Source: Gammaproteobacteria bacterium
GTDB taxonomy: Bacteria; Pseudomonadota; Gammaproteobacteria; Pseudomonadales; Azotimanducaceae
Length of the DNA stretch: 64,000 nucleotides
Assembly: GCA_018665025.1 (NCBI GenBank)
Contig: JABJED010000264.1
Coordinates: 6,725 to 70,724 of the forward strand
Reading direction: 5' to 3'
The position numbers and the translations under genes were made by a program. The notes beneath the pieces are model-generated. The model did no database searches. It worked only from the letters and a program-made list of their open reading frames with translations, and was not told the DNA's origin. Below, piece after piece: positions 1-9,471 of this stretch; position 1 is the stretch's first letter, and each line of letters begins with the position of its first letter.

Positions 1-1
1 G

Positions 2-601
2 GATGGCATGGGTCGTAAAGTCCGGCACTTCTTCAATACGATTCAGGCAGAGTACCAGTGCAACTTTCCCGGATAATGATTCCAGAATATTTCGAACCTT
101 CGGCACGGTCTGGATATCCAACCCTTCAAAGGGTTCATCCAACACCAGTACTTCCGGCTGGCTGGTCAGCGCCCTGATCAGCAGGACTTTCCGGGTCTCA
201 CCTGTGGATAATTTACGGAAGCCGCGTTCCAGCAGTGGGCGCATGCCCAGGGTTTCAATCAGCCGATCCAGCAGGACGGGATCTTTCGAATCTTCTGACA
301 ACATCTCATGCACGGGCGTGCCGTCATCGACCTCGTCGGTCAGGTCACTGTCATCGCGCTGGCGTTCTCGCTGGATAAGCCGTGATTGTTCTTCCAGGGA
401 AACTACTGCAACCCGTAAGCCAGATTCGAAATCACCGCTCGCAACAGGGAATTCCCCCGTCAGCGCCGCACCAAGGGCTGACTTGCCCGAACCATTCGGT
501 CCCACAACAACCCAGGTCTGGCCTTGTTCAATCTGCCAATTGAGTGCAGCCAGCGAAAACTTGTCGCTGACCTTAATGTCACACTGGGTAAACCGGATCA
601 T
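2..601 (-). CDS. modF: ABC-transporter ATP-binding protein, ModF-like; N-terminal ~200 aa only, gene runs off the left edge
   Basis: Not in the ORF track because there is no stop in the window. The reverse complement from ATG 601-599 reads MIRFTQCDIKVSDKFSLAALNWQIEQGQTWVVVGPNGSGKSALGAALTG (Walker A). It continues ...FRKLSTGETRKVLLIRALTSQPEVLVLDEPFEGLD (signature LSTGETRK plus Walker B) and LNRIEEVPDF, which resembles the first ATPase domain of E. coli ModF. The + ORF 3..680 is its antisense shadow. Confidence 0.7.
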   Translation of the reverse strand, partial: MIRFTQCDIKVSDKFSLAALNWQIEQGQTWVVVGPNGSGKSALGAALTGEFPVASGDFESGLRVAVVSLEEQSRLIQRERQRDDSDLTDEVDDGTPVHEMLSEDSKDPVLLDRLIETLGMRPLLERGFRKLSTGETRKVLLIRALTSQPEVLVLDEPFEGLDIQTVPKVRNILESLSGKVALVLCLNRIEEVPDFTTHAI

Positions 602-619
602 CCTGCAACCGCCCTGCCA

Positions 620-684
620 AGGTTCTATACAAGGCTTCTATACGAGGCTTCTATACGAGGCTTCTATACCAGGCCTCTAGACGA
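620..684. repeat. 13-nt tandem repeat, 5 copies, between ilvC and the modF-like gene
   Basis: The copies read AGG-TTCTATACAA / GGCTTCTATACGA / GGCTTCTATACGA / GGCTTCTATACCA / GGCCTCTAGACGA. The last copy overlaps the ilvC stop codon (677-679). Confidence 0.9.
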
Positions 685-2149
685 TGCGTTGCATCGCCCC
701 CATATAGCCGCGCAGTACCTGGCCAATCTGCTCAACGCTATGGCTTCTGATATCTGCATTAACTTCAATCAGTCGCTGGTTGTCGACACTGCTGTCGTTC
801 AAGCCAAGCCCCCGACCAATCACATCCGTATCCTGGTCCTTCATGAAATCCTGCAGTAACGGGAAACATGCATGATTAAACAGATAACAACCGTACTCGG
901 CGGTATCTGAGATCGTGCTGTTCATTTCGTAAAGCTTCTTTCGGGCAATGGTGTTGGCAATCAAAGGCGTTTCATGAAGAGATTCGTAGTAAGCGGACTC
1001 TTTCTTGATACCGGCTGAAGTCATCACTTCATAAGCGAGCTCAACACCGGCCTTCACCATGGCAACCATCAGGATGCCATGATCAAAGTATTCCTGTTCT
1101 GAAATTTCATCCGTTGTGACATCCGTTGTTTCAAAGGACGTCTTGCCGGTATCTGCTCGCCAGCCCAGAAGTTTGTCATCGTCATTAGCCCAGTCTTCCA
1201 TCATTCCAGATGAAAAAGCGCCTGTCATGATATCGTCCATACGCTTTTCATAGAGCGGACGCATCAGATCTTTCAGCTCTTCCGCCAGCTCATAGGCGCG
1301 GAGCTTCGCAGGGTTGGACAGCCTGTCCATCATATTGGTGACACCACCATACTTGAGCGCTTCAGTGACCGTTTCCCAGCCATACTGTACAAGCTTGGAG
1401 GCATAGGCTCTATCCACACCCTTCTCAACCATCTTGTCAAAACAAAGCAGCGAACCTGTCTGCAGCATGCCACAAAGAATCGTTTGCTCTCCCATGAGGT
1501 CAGACTTTACTTCGGCAATGAATGACGACAACAGGACGCCGGCCCGGTGGCCTCCGGTACCTGCAGCATAGGCTTTCGCTATCGCCATGCCTTCGCCATC
1601 AGGGTCGTTATCTTCATGGACTGCAATCAGGGTTGGTACGCCGAAACCGCGCTTGTACTCTTCCCGAACTTCTGTACCCGGACATTTCGGCGCCACCATA
1701 ACGACAGTAATGTCTTCGCGAACTTTCATTCCCTCTTCGACAATGTTGAAACCATGCGAATAGGAAAGGCAGGAATTCTTTTTCATGAGCGGCATGATCT
1801 CTGTTACAACCGCGGTGTGCTGCTTGTCTGGAGTCAAATTCAGTACAAGGTCAGCTGTAGGGATCAGCTCTTCATAGGTACCGACTGTGAAACCGTTCTC
1901 GGTGGCATTCTTCCAGGAGTCCCTTTTCTCATCGATAGCCGATTGCCTGAGCGTATAGGACACATCCAGGCCACTATCGCGAAGGTTTAAACCCTGGTTC
2001 AGCCCCTGGGAGCCACAACCAACCACGACCAGTTTCTTTCCTTTCAGGTAATTAGCTTCATCCGCGAACTCCGCGGGATCCATAAATTCACATTTGCCCA
2101 GTTGGGCCAGCTGTTGCCTGAGAGAAAGTGTGTTGAAATAGTTTGCCAT
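677..2149 (-). CDS. ilvC: Ketol-acid reductoisomerase, long (class II) form
   Basis: [23 protein letters not shown]... and about 490 aa are typical of enterobacterial-type IlvC. ATG at 2149 is preceded by AGGAG; the track ORF starts 4 codons earlier at a GTG. Confidence 0.97.
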   Translation of the reverse strand: MANYFNTLSLRQQLAQLGKCEFMDPAEFADEANYLKGKKLVVVGCGSQGLNQGLNLRDSGLDVSYTLRQSAIDEKRDSWKNATENGFTVGTYEELIPTADLVLNLTPDKQHTAVVTEIMPLMKKNSCLSYSHGFNIVEEGMKVREDITVVMVAPKCPGTEVREEYKRGFGVPTLIAVHEDNDPDGEGMAIAKAYAAGTGGHRAGVLLSSFIAEVKSDLMGEQTILCGMLQTGSLLCFDKMVEKGVDRAYASKLVQYGWETVTEALKYGGVTNMMDRLSNPAKLRAYELAEELKDLMRPLYEKRMDDIMTGAFSSGMMEDWANDDDKLLGWRADTGKTSFETTDVTTDEISEQEYFDHGILMVAMVKAGVELAYEVMTSAGIKKESAYYESLHETPLIANTIARKKLYEMNSTISDTAEYGCYLFNHACFPLLQDFMKDQDTDVIGRGLGLNDSSVDNQRLIEVNADIRSHSVEQIGQVLRGYMGAMQRIV

Positions 2150-2279
2150 GATACGGTCCACTCCTGGGATGAAGGTTGACGGGTTTTCAAGGTGCGTACT
2201 CTAGTTGATATCCCGTTTTTCGTAAAATGAAATATGCGAGATAACGCCTTGCGAAATCAGCAATCTGGCGTGTAGCCAG

Positions 2280-3341
2280 TTAAAAGGTGTAGGAAAACGA
2301 GAGAGAGCCATAAGAGTGGCATGAATCCTGGCCCGAGAACTCTTTAGTGCGGAAGATCTGGGCGTAGGACAGGCGCCCTCCGCCGACAATATAGGCAATG
2401 CCTACGGCCGCGTCGGCAACAACCGATTCTTTCGTGACCGAGTGACTGTTCTTGAAGCTATTTCCGTCCAGGAAAATATCGTAGCCAACCAGGCGTATAT
2501 CAAACGAAGCAAAGGCATGTAGACCCCACTTTTTTTCTCCAATGAAACGCGGATCCCACGTCGAATCCGGCGTTGAGTTTTGTCCTCCAGGCCGAATGGC
2601 GCTCGTCCCAAAATCATCAGGCAGTGCCCAGCCAATTCGAACTTCAGCACCAGCATTCAGGTGGGTGCTAACATTACCCAGCGACAACCCGGTGTGAGTA
2701 ATTGCGTCATAGCCGAATCGCGTTTCAGGGTTGATGCGCTTCCACTTCTGCTTGTGCTCCCAGGTTGCCGCAATGCCAGGTTCATTGCGGAGCTGATTAT
2801 CCCAACCTTTGAATTTCTCAAAACCACGAAGATCGTGGATAAAATCCTGAGCCTCCTGCCCGTATGCTCCGGGGCCTACTATGCCTAGCTGTACTTCAAG
2901 TGTATCGAGCTGGTCTTCTGCGCGGGTCTGGTAGCCAAGCCCTAAAAATAGCCAGGCAGCATAAGGCCGATCGTCTTCTATCAGATTGGGTTCATTCAGG
3001 TCTTCGGGTGTATAGATCTGCTGCCCAAACGTCATGGTGACATTTCTTTTCAGCCCCTCGTGGGATTGATGAAAGAACGTCAGACTTTGATTCAGTCGAC
3101 GAACCCAGGCAGGGAGCTCTTCGCTTTCCACATAATCACTGATATCCGGAGATACCCAGGACAGCTGGATACCGCTCGTATAATCCTGGTCAGTTTCCGA
3201 GAACAGGTCGTTTTCGACATACAGGTTCAGCGTCCACTCTTCCCGCTGATCCCTGTCTGCGCGAACGGCCCAGGAAAGGAACAGCGACAAGAACAGTAAC
3301 GATCTAACCCATCGGGTAGCGATGTTCGAGAGACACTTCAT
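2280..3341 (-). CDS. Outer-membrane protein, LpxR / lipid A deacylase family (DUF2219)
   Basis: Signal peptide (SLLFLSLFLSWAVRA), the YVENDLFSETDQDYTSGIQLSW motif, and a beta-barrel-like C-terminus ending in F. Confidence 0.6.
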   Translation of the reverse strand: MKCLSNIATRWVRSLLFLSLFLSWAVRADRDQREEWTLNLYVENDLFSETDQDYTSGIQLSWVSPDISDYVESEELPAWVRRLNQSLTFFHQSHEGLKRNVTMTFGQQIYTPEDLNEPNLIEDDRPYAAWLFLGLGYQTRAEDQLDTLEVQLGIVGPGAYGQEAQDFIHDLRGFEKFKGWDNQLRNEPGIAATWEHKQKWKRINPETRFGYDAITHTGLSLGNVSTHLNAGAEVRIGWALPDDFGTSAIRPGGQNSTPDSTWDPRFIGEKKWGLHAFASFDIRLVGYDIFLDGNSFKNSHSVTKESVVADAAVGIAYIVGGGRLSYAQIFRTKEFSGQDSCHSYGSLSFSYTF

Positions 3342-4320
3342 CTATTTTCTTGTTGGCATCAGTGCTAATGGTCAGATACGCGGCTTCGATAATGTCATCC
3401 ATCTGGTCGGGGTGCGTCGCACCCACGATTGTAGAGGCAACAAAATCGGCTTGCTTACTCCAGGCGGTTGCAAGGGTAACGACAGAAACGCCTTCTTCCT
3501 TCGCGATGTCCATAAAGGCCTTGGTTGATGCGATAGACTTATCATTAACAAATCGCTGCGCCATCACCTGTTGCCGTTCGCCTGCGTTCAGGTAATTGGT
3601 AAACCTTGCGCCTTCGGGTCTTGCACCGTCGTTGTATTTACCAGTCAACACGCCACCCGCCAGGGGTGAATAAGGGATCAGGCTTACCTGCTCTTGCCGA
3701 CAGGCTTGCGCCAATTCATCTTCAAAACGGCGATTGTTCAAGCTGTAATTATTTTGAATCGTCTCGTAGCGGGCAAGTCCATGCAGCTCTGAGACCCCAA
3801 GGCTCTTCGTCAGCCCCCAGGTTGTTTCGTTACTACAACCGATGATCCTGACTTTTCCTGCCTGAATCAGTTCATCTAACGCAGCCAGGGTTTCCTCGTA
3901 GGGCATGTCATGATCAGGCCAGTGGGTCTGGTACAGATCAATATAGTCAGTCTGCAACTTCTTCAGGCTGCCTTCGAAGGCTCTGACAATATTGTGACGA
4001 TCAAGTGTCGTCATTCCTTCACGCACGGCGGCCCGTATCCAGCCATGACTAGGTCCGGCGACTTTTGTCGCCAGAATGATCGCATCCCGAGGCTTGGTCT
4101 TTAGCCACCGGCCAACGATTTCTTCCGTGCGCCCAACATAATCAGGGTCTGGAGGTACCGGATACATCTCTGCGGTATCAAAAAAGTCGATACCCGCATC
4201 AAACGCTTTATCCATAATCTTAAAGGCTGTTTTCTCGTCTGCACCAGTACCAAATGTCATGGTGCCCATACAAATATCCGAGACGACAATGCCGCTTCGA
4301 CCCAATCGGTTTCTATTCAT
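3304..4320 (-). CDS. Aldo/keto reductase (Tas-like NADP(H)-dependent oxidoreductase)
   Basis: MNRNRLGRSGIVVSDICMGTMTFG..., DFFDTAEMYP, IDLYQTHWPD. Confidence 0.9.
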   Translation of the reverse strand: MNRNRLGRSGIVVSDICMGTMTFGTGADEKTAFKIMDKAFDAGIDFFDTAEMYPVPPDPDYVGRTEEIVGRWLKTKPRDAIILATKVAGPSHGWIRAAVREGMTTLDRHNIVRAFEGSLKKLQTDYIDLYQTHWPDHDMPYEETLAALDELIQAGKVRIIGCSNETTWGLTKSLGVSELHGLARYETIQNNYSLNNRRFEDELAQACRQEQVSLIPYSPLAGGVLTGKYNDGARPEGARFTNYLNAGERQQVMAQRFVNDKSIASTKAFMDIAKEEGVSVVTLATAWSKQADFVASTIVGATHPDQMDDIIEAAYLTISTDANKKIDEVSLEHRYPMG

Positions 4321-4366
4321 CTGCTTCCTTAGCTTTTAACAAGTCGCGGCCAGTAGTGCGTTCGGG

Positions 4367-5221
4367 CTAGTGTTTCGCTGCTTGTAATGCACAACCCTCA
4401 ATGGTGACTCTGTGCATGACCCTGCGCTGCCCCTGGTAATCGTTCTGTGCGAAATGCCACGTGGCTCGATTGTCCCAAAAGGCAATGGAACCATTTTCCC
4501 ATTTAAACCGCGTGATGTTTTCATCGGCTATCGCCCGCTCATACAGGTATGCGAGGAGTGGCGCTGACTCTTCATCTGTCCAACCATCAAAACGCAGCGT
4601 AAAGCCGGCATTCACATAAAGCGCCTTGCGACCACTTAGTGGGTGGCTGATGACAACCGGATGTATCGGATCTTTCATCTCAACCGCTGCCCCAGCATTT
4701 CCGATCCTGCTGCTTGCAGACCCAGTGGTTTCGTATTCTCCCCGCGGGCCAAAGACGTGCTTGGCTGAATGAACCGCAGACAGTCCTTCAAGGGTTTCTT
4801 TCAAACCATCAGACAGACTGTCATAGGCTTTATACATACTGGTGAACCAGGTATCACCACCTGATGCTGGTAACTCCCTTGCCACCAGAATAGAACCAAG
4901 CGCGGGTTCCTGGTCATAGGAATGATCTGTGTGCCACCCGCCGCCAATGTTCGCGATCTGGTCTGGCTCTTTACTCACCATCGCGATTTGAGGGTATTCA
5001 GGATTCGCGGCAAAGAACCGATTGACGTTGATGTCGCCGAACACTTCGCCAAGGCCAATGTGATCCGCCTCGGAGATTTTCTGGTTCCTGAAAAACACCA
5101 GACCATGCTGTGAAAAGGTCTGTTTGATGGTCTCAAGCTCCGATGAAGCCAGACCGCCAGCAATATCGACACCCAGGATCTCAGCCCCTACGCCGGGCAG
5201 CACTTCGATTGAGATAGCCAT
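4367..5221 (-). CDS. TauD/TfdA-family Fe(II)/2-oxoglutarate dioxygenase
   Basis: GGGWHTDHSYDQEP (HxD), PASGGDTWFTSMYKAYDSL, FWDNRATWHFA...RRVMHRVTIEG. AGGAA Shine-Dalgarno before the ATG. Confidence 0.9.
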   Translation of the reverse strand: MAISIEVLPGVGAEILGVDIAGGLASSELETIKQTFSQHGLVFFRNQKISEADHIGLGEVFGDINVNRFFAANPEYPQIAMVSKEPDQIANIGGGWHTDHSYDQEPALGSILVARELPASGGDTWFTSMYKAYDSLSDGLKETLEGLSAVHSAKHVFGPRGEYETTGSASSRIGNAGAAVEMKDPIHPVVISHPLSGRKALYVNAGFTLRFDGWTDEESAPLLAYLYERAIADENITRFKWENGSIAFWDNRATWHFAQNDYQGQRRVMHRVTIEGCALQAAKH

Positions 5222-5849
5222 GATTTTTATTCCTAGAGTTCCACTGAATTATGTCACAGATCTGACGGTATCTGTATGCCAGACTAACCCGACACCTTGT
5301 AACCTGATACGGGTAGCGACAGCCACCGCCGTAATGATGCCTATGACGACACCTATGATCGGGTCACCGGTGACAGCCATCGCTTTGGCAGCACTAGTAG
5401 CACAGGACACCGACAATCCCGCGCATCAAACCAGAGCAGGACATCTAATAACCTGGTCATAAATCGAACCGCAAAAAAGCTGACCACGGCGGCCCCTCGC
5501 TTTATCCGGATTATGTGCTAAGTAAAGTGAATCAGGCAAAAACCCAGCTTGGCGGAATTAGTATCGCTATTTCCATCGCCTGATATGCCGCCTAAATGAT
5601 ACATAATCCCCACTTATTGTTATTTTAATCATTTTAATGCCTTATATATTACTTATCCCGTATCTTTCTATTTATAGAGAATTATTACATCTACATTCCC
5701 GTTTATTGATATTTTTTATGGGTATTAAACCTAACATCCCTTTATTTTTAGAAAATGGCCGCTGCAGATGACATTGACCAATCTGATAATAATCGCCCCC
5801 CCATGATTCACCTCTAATACCTGCAGGTTCATTGACAAAACCCCAAATG

Positions 5850-5862
5850 TGACAATTTGTCA
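5850..5862. promoter_or_regulatory. Candidate operator: inverted repeat TGACAA-T-TTGTCA upstream of the acyl-CoA dehydrogenase pair
   Basis: Perfect 6-1-6 palindrome about 80 bp upstream of ATG 5940. A third TGACAA half-site lies inside a TTGACA hexamer at 5832-5838. Confidence 0.3.
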
Positions 5863-5939
5863 TTTATAAGGTACAACAGTGCCTCAAATTTTACGCAGTT
5901 GCACAAACATCCGGATTCCCCGGAAAACAGGAGTATTCA

Positions 5940-7184
5940 ATGTCCGAAGCCCAGAAAATGGACACCCCCGAACAGGCAGCATTCCGCGCCCACTGTAAGG
6001 AATGGCTTGCCAACAATCACCCCGGTCGCCCAACCGTAAAATTACCCCTGGGCGCATTGGAACTCAGTGACCCGGACGCGCTGGCCTGGCTCCAAAAATG
6101 GCAGAAGTCTGCTTATGACGCCGGACTCATTGGTTGTGATTACCCCAAGGAAGTAGGTGGCGGCGGAATGGAGAATTGCCAGTCCATTGCCAATGCAGAA
6201 ATGCAGAGGGTACAGACCCCTTACCTGCCCAATATTATTGGTATGGGCATGGCCGCACCGACTGTCCTGTTCCACGCCCGCGACGAGGTAAAAGCAGAAC
6301 TACTGCCAAAGCTACTCTCCGGTGAAGAAATCTGGTGTCAGGGCTTCAGCGAGCCAGGTGCGGGTTCTGACCTTGCTAACCAGCAAACTTTCGCGGAACG
6401 CGATGGCGACAACTGGGTAATCAATGGCCACAAGGTATGGACGTCACTAGCGCATTTCGCGGAGTGGATGATCCTGCTATGCCGAACCAGCAAGGATGAT
6501 AAATACAACGGGCTGTCCTACTTTGTCGTACCGATTGAAAAAGCGCTCGGCAATGGGGTGACTGTACGCCCACTTATTAAGCTAACCGGTGAAACAGGCT
6601 TCAACGAAGTCATCTTTGACAACCTGGTCGTTGATGACAGATACAGACTCGACGAAGTTGGCGCAGGCTGGAAAGTGGCTATGACTACCCTCGCCCATGA
6701 ACGAGGCGCGGGTCCAATGACAACACCTGCCTCTGGCGGCATGGCAGTTGAAGAGCAGGAAGGCGCACAGACAAACAGCGCAATGGCATTAATACAACTC
6801 GCGAAACAACAATACCGCAATGGTAAGACAGCGGCGGACGACCCGCTCATTCGCGATGATATTATCAAGATGATGATTCGCCAGGAAGCTTTCAGGCAAA
6901 ATCAGCGTCGAGCCAGCGTCCCTTCGCTAACCGATCACCCCATGCGTATTCCATTGCAGTTCAAACTGGTCGCTACGGAAATGGCTCAGGATCTGCAGCA
7001 GATAGCTTATGAAGTAGAAGGTGCAGCAGCAACGTTATACGTCAACGACGACAATGCACCCGTCAGTGGTCAGTGGCCACTCGCTTACATGAATTCATTC
7101 GGTATTACGATTGCAGCCGGTGCCAACGAAGTTCAACGCAACATCCTGGGCGAACGTGTCCTGGGCATGCCCAAGTCGAAGTAG
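5940..7184 (+). CDS. Acyl-CoA dehydrogenase family protein
   Basis: IWCQGFSEPGAGSDLANQQT, NGHKVWTSLAHFAEW, C-terminal GANEVQRNILGERVLGMP. AGGAG Shine-Dalgarno. Confidence 0.9.
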   Translation: MSEAQKMDTPEQAAFRAHCKEWLANNHPGRPTVKLPLGALELSDPDALAWLQKWQKSAYDAGLIGCDYPKEVGGGGMENCQSIANAEMQRVQTPYLPNIIGMGMAAPTVLFHARDEVKAELLPKLLSGEEIWCQGFSEPGAGSDLANQQTFAERDGDNWVINGHKVWTSLAHFAEWMILLCRTSKDDKYNGLSYFVVPIEKALGNGVTVRPLIKLTGETGFNEVIFDNLVVDDRYRLDEVGAGWKVAMTTLAHERGAGPMTTPASGGMAVEEQEGAQTNSAMALIQLAKQQYRNGKTAADDPLIRDDIIKMMIRQEAFRQNQRRASVPSLTDHPMRIPLQFKLVATEMAQDLQQIAYEVEGAAATLYVNDDNAPVSGQWPLAYMNSFGITIAAGANEVQRNILGERVLGMPKSK

Positions 7185-7193
7185 GAGATAGAC

Positions 7194-8333
7194 ATGACAG
7201 AACAACCTAAAAACTTTGGCTTCGGTGAAGACGAAACCATGCTCAAAGACTCAGTACAGAAGTTCTTTGCAGACAATTGCAGCCCAGACAAAATCCACGG
7301 CCAGGTCGCTCATGACCCCGGCATCCACAGACCCATTGAATGCATCTGGGACAAGTCCCTATGGCAACAAGTGGTAGAACTCGGATGGACCGCAGTCTGC
7401 ATACCCGAAGCCGCTGGCGGTATTGGTATGCCACTCGTTGCAGCAGTTGCCATTGCAGAAGAAGCCGGAAAATCAGCTTTTCCATCACCGCTCATTAGCA
7501 CTTACTGTGCAACTTTCACGTTGATGGCCTGCGACACCGATTCAGCCAACAAAGCACTGGCCGATATCGCCACCGGAACTGCAACCACACTCGCAATCAC
7601 CAATGAGAAAGGCTCCTGGGAGTCCGCAGACACTGACGTTTCTGTTGCCGATGGCAGGCTGACGGGTACTGCCTGGTTTGTACAGGATGCCAGGAAAGCC
7701 GATCGATTTGTGGTCAGCGCCAAAGGCGAAAATGGTGTTGGACTGTATTTAGTCGAAGCAACTGCCGCCAACATTGACATCATTGCTGACGGCATTATTG
7801 ACCTGACACGGGACCAGGCACACATCGCCTTTAACGCAGCCAAATGTACTGAGCTCGCAGCAGAGGGCGCCGGTGACAAAGCGATCGATGCTGCTATACC
7901 ATCAATCCTGACAATTGTTTCAGCTGACATGGTAGGTGCCGGCGAATGGTTGCTTCAAACCACGACTGAATACGCTAAAACACGGGTTCAGTTTGACCGG
8001 CCACTTGGATTCTTCCAGGCAGTTAAGCACCCACTGGTTAACGTGATGCTGGATATCGACAGAACCAAGTCATTAGTTTACAACGCGGCATGCGCTATTG
8101 ACTCGGGCGAAGCCAGCACAGAATTGAACGCTCGAATGGCTAAGTCACAGGCAAGCGACATGGCAGTATTTTCGTCAAGTCGCGCTATACAATTCCATGG
8201 TGGTATTGGTTTTACCTGGGAATGCTTCGTGCATATCTTCTTTAAGAGACAGATGCACAACCATGTACTTTATGGTGATGCGAAATACCAGCGAGCCAAG
8301 CTTGCCGATATGGTAATTGGCAAAGCGGCTTAA
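7194..8333 (+). CDS. Acyl-CoA dehydrogenase family protein (second, shorter subunit-like paralog)
   Basis: YAKTRVQFDRPLGFFQAVKHPLV, IQFHGGIGFTWECFVHIFFKR. Starts 10 nt after the upstream ACAD with a GGAG Shine-Dalgarno. The tandem layout resembles heteromeric ACAD pairs. Confidence 0.85.
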   Translation: MTEQPKNFGFGEDETMLKDSVQKFFADNCSPDKIHGQVAHDPGIHRPIECIWDKSLWQQVVELGWTAVCIPEAAGGIGMPLVAAVAIAEEAGKSAFPSPLISTYCATFTLMACDTDSANKALADIATGTATTLAITNEKGSWESADTDVSVADGRLTGTAWFVQDARKADRFVVSAKGENGVGLYLVEATAANIDIIADGIIDLTRDQAHIAFNAAKCTELAAEGAGDKAIDAAIPSILTIVSADMVGAGEWLLQTTTEYAKTRVQFDRPLGFFQAVKHPLVNVMLDIDRTKSLVYNAACAIDSGEASTELNARMAKSQASDMAVFSSSRAIQFHGGIGFTWECFVHIFFKRQMHNHVLYGDAKYQRAKLADMVIGKAA

Positions 8334-8343
8334 CCGCAGCTAC

Positions 8344-8407
8344 TTCTACAATACCTGGTAAAAAAAGACCGGCAATTGCCGGTCTTTTTTTACCAGGTAT
8401 TGTAGAA
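8344..8407. terminator. Bidirectional intrinsic terminator: perfect 64-nt palindrome between convergent genes
   Basis: TTCTACAATACCTGGTAAAAAAAGACCGGCAA|TTGCCGGTCTTTTTTTACCAGGTATTGTAGAA. The GC core GACCGGCAATTGCCGGTC is flanked by A7 and T7. Confidence 0.8.
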
Positions 8408-8412
8408 AAGGC

Positions 8413-9222
8413 TTACCGGCCTTTGAACTCCGGTTGCTCTTTATTGACAAATGCCACTGCAGCGCGCTTGTGATCTTCTGTCATGAAGGTTCGCATCATA
8501 TGCGCCGCCTCCAGATCAAACACATCACTCAGCGTTGCGTTCTGGGCTGCATTCAGATTCTTCTTCATGTAGCCAATCGCGACGGTTGGTAAACCTGCAA
8601 GATACTTCGCATAGGCGCGTGATTCTTCTTCAAAGGTATCCGCACCAGCGATTTTAGTCATCATGCCCATGTCATAGGCTTCCTGACCTGTAACAACATC
8701 AGCACCGAAGTAAAGCTCACGCGCCTTTGCAGCTCCAACGAGTTGCGGCAAAAAGTACGATCCACCGTAGTCACCAGATGCGCCAATTTTGGAAAACGCC
8801 GTGGTGATCTTCGCCGTATCCAGACAAAAACGCATGTCACAAGCGAGTGCCAACGAAAGCCCTGCACCTGCAGCAGCACCAGGAATAATCGCAAGCGTTG
8901 GTTTGGGCATGACATGCAGCAAACGTGACAGCTCCATACCCTGACGCAAACCCTGGACGCGGGCTTCCAGCGACGAGGTCTCGCCGGAGGAATTTTCATT
9001 GCTGCCAGCGTCCGACGCAAAACCTTTTACGTCACCACCGGCGCAAAACGCACCACCGGCACCCGTTAACACGACACATCTCACCGCAGGATCGACCGCA
9101 GCCCTGGGAATCGCTGCCTGCATCGCAGACATCATCTCGCCGCTCATCGCATTACGCGCCTTTGGCCGATTCATGGTTAACGTCAGAATGCCGTCTTCAA
9201 ACGACTCTTCAAGATCGCTCAT
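8413..9222 (-). CDS. Enoyl-CoA hydratase/isomerase (crotonase) family
   Basis: VVLTGAGGAFCAGGDVKGF, IIPGAAAGAGLSLALACDMRF. Confidence 0.9.
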   Translation of the reverse strand: MSDLEESFEDGILTLTMNRPKARNAMSGEMMSAMQAAIPRAAVDPAVRCVVLTGAGGAFCAGGDVKGFASDAGSNENSSGETSSLEARVQGLRQGMELSRLLHVMPKPTLAIIPGAAAGAGLSLALACDMRFCLDTAKITTAFSKIGASGDYGGSYFLPQLVGAAKARELYFGADVVTGQEAYDMGMMTKIAGADTFEEESRAYAKYLAGLPTVAIGYMKKNLNAAQNATLSDVFDLEAAHMMRTFMTEDHKRAAVAFVNKEQPEFKGR

Positions 9223-9471
9223 AACTTACCTTGTTTGTTTAACAAAGCAGAGACCTTACATCAAAGCGCGTTGCGCGCCTACTCCCTCATTTTCACCAAG
9301 GCCTTAGCTCGATAAGAATCTAACACCCCATACGACCATACATTGAGTAACAATAATGCTTAGCCGATCAAGCGTCGAGTTATTCAGCGATGAGCCTACC
9401 AAGAACCAAATGGCTTACCAGAAAAAAATTCGCGAGCTGCTAGATTCCTATGTGGAACGGCACATAAAAAG

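Noticed and set aside
3-680. 225-aa + strand ORF at the left edge
   Set aside because: Low-complexity S/R-rich translation. The opposite strand encodes a clean ModF-like ABC ATPase with Walker A, signature and Walker B, so this is an antisense shadow ORF.
5225-5470. Possible remnant of a small GlsB/YeaQ-like membrane protein on the minus strand (…GIVGVLCY*…, MAVTGDPIIGVVIGIITAVAVA…)
   Set aside because: Only short hydrophobic stretches in different frames. The similarity is too weak to call without a database search.
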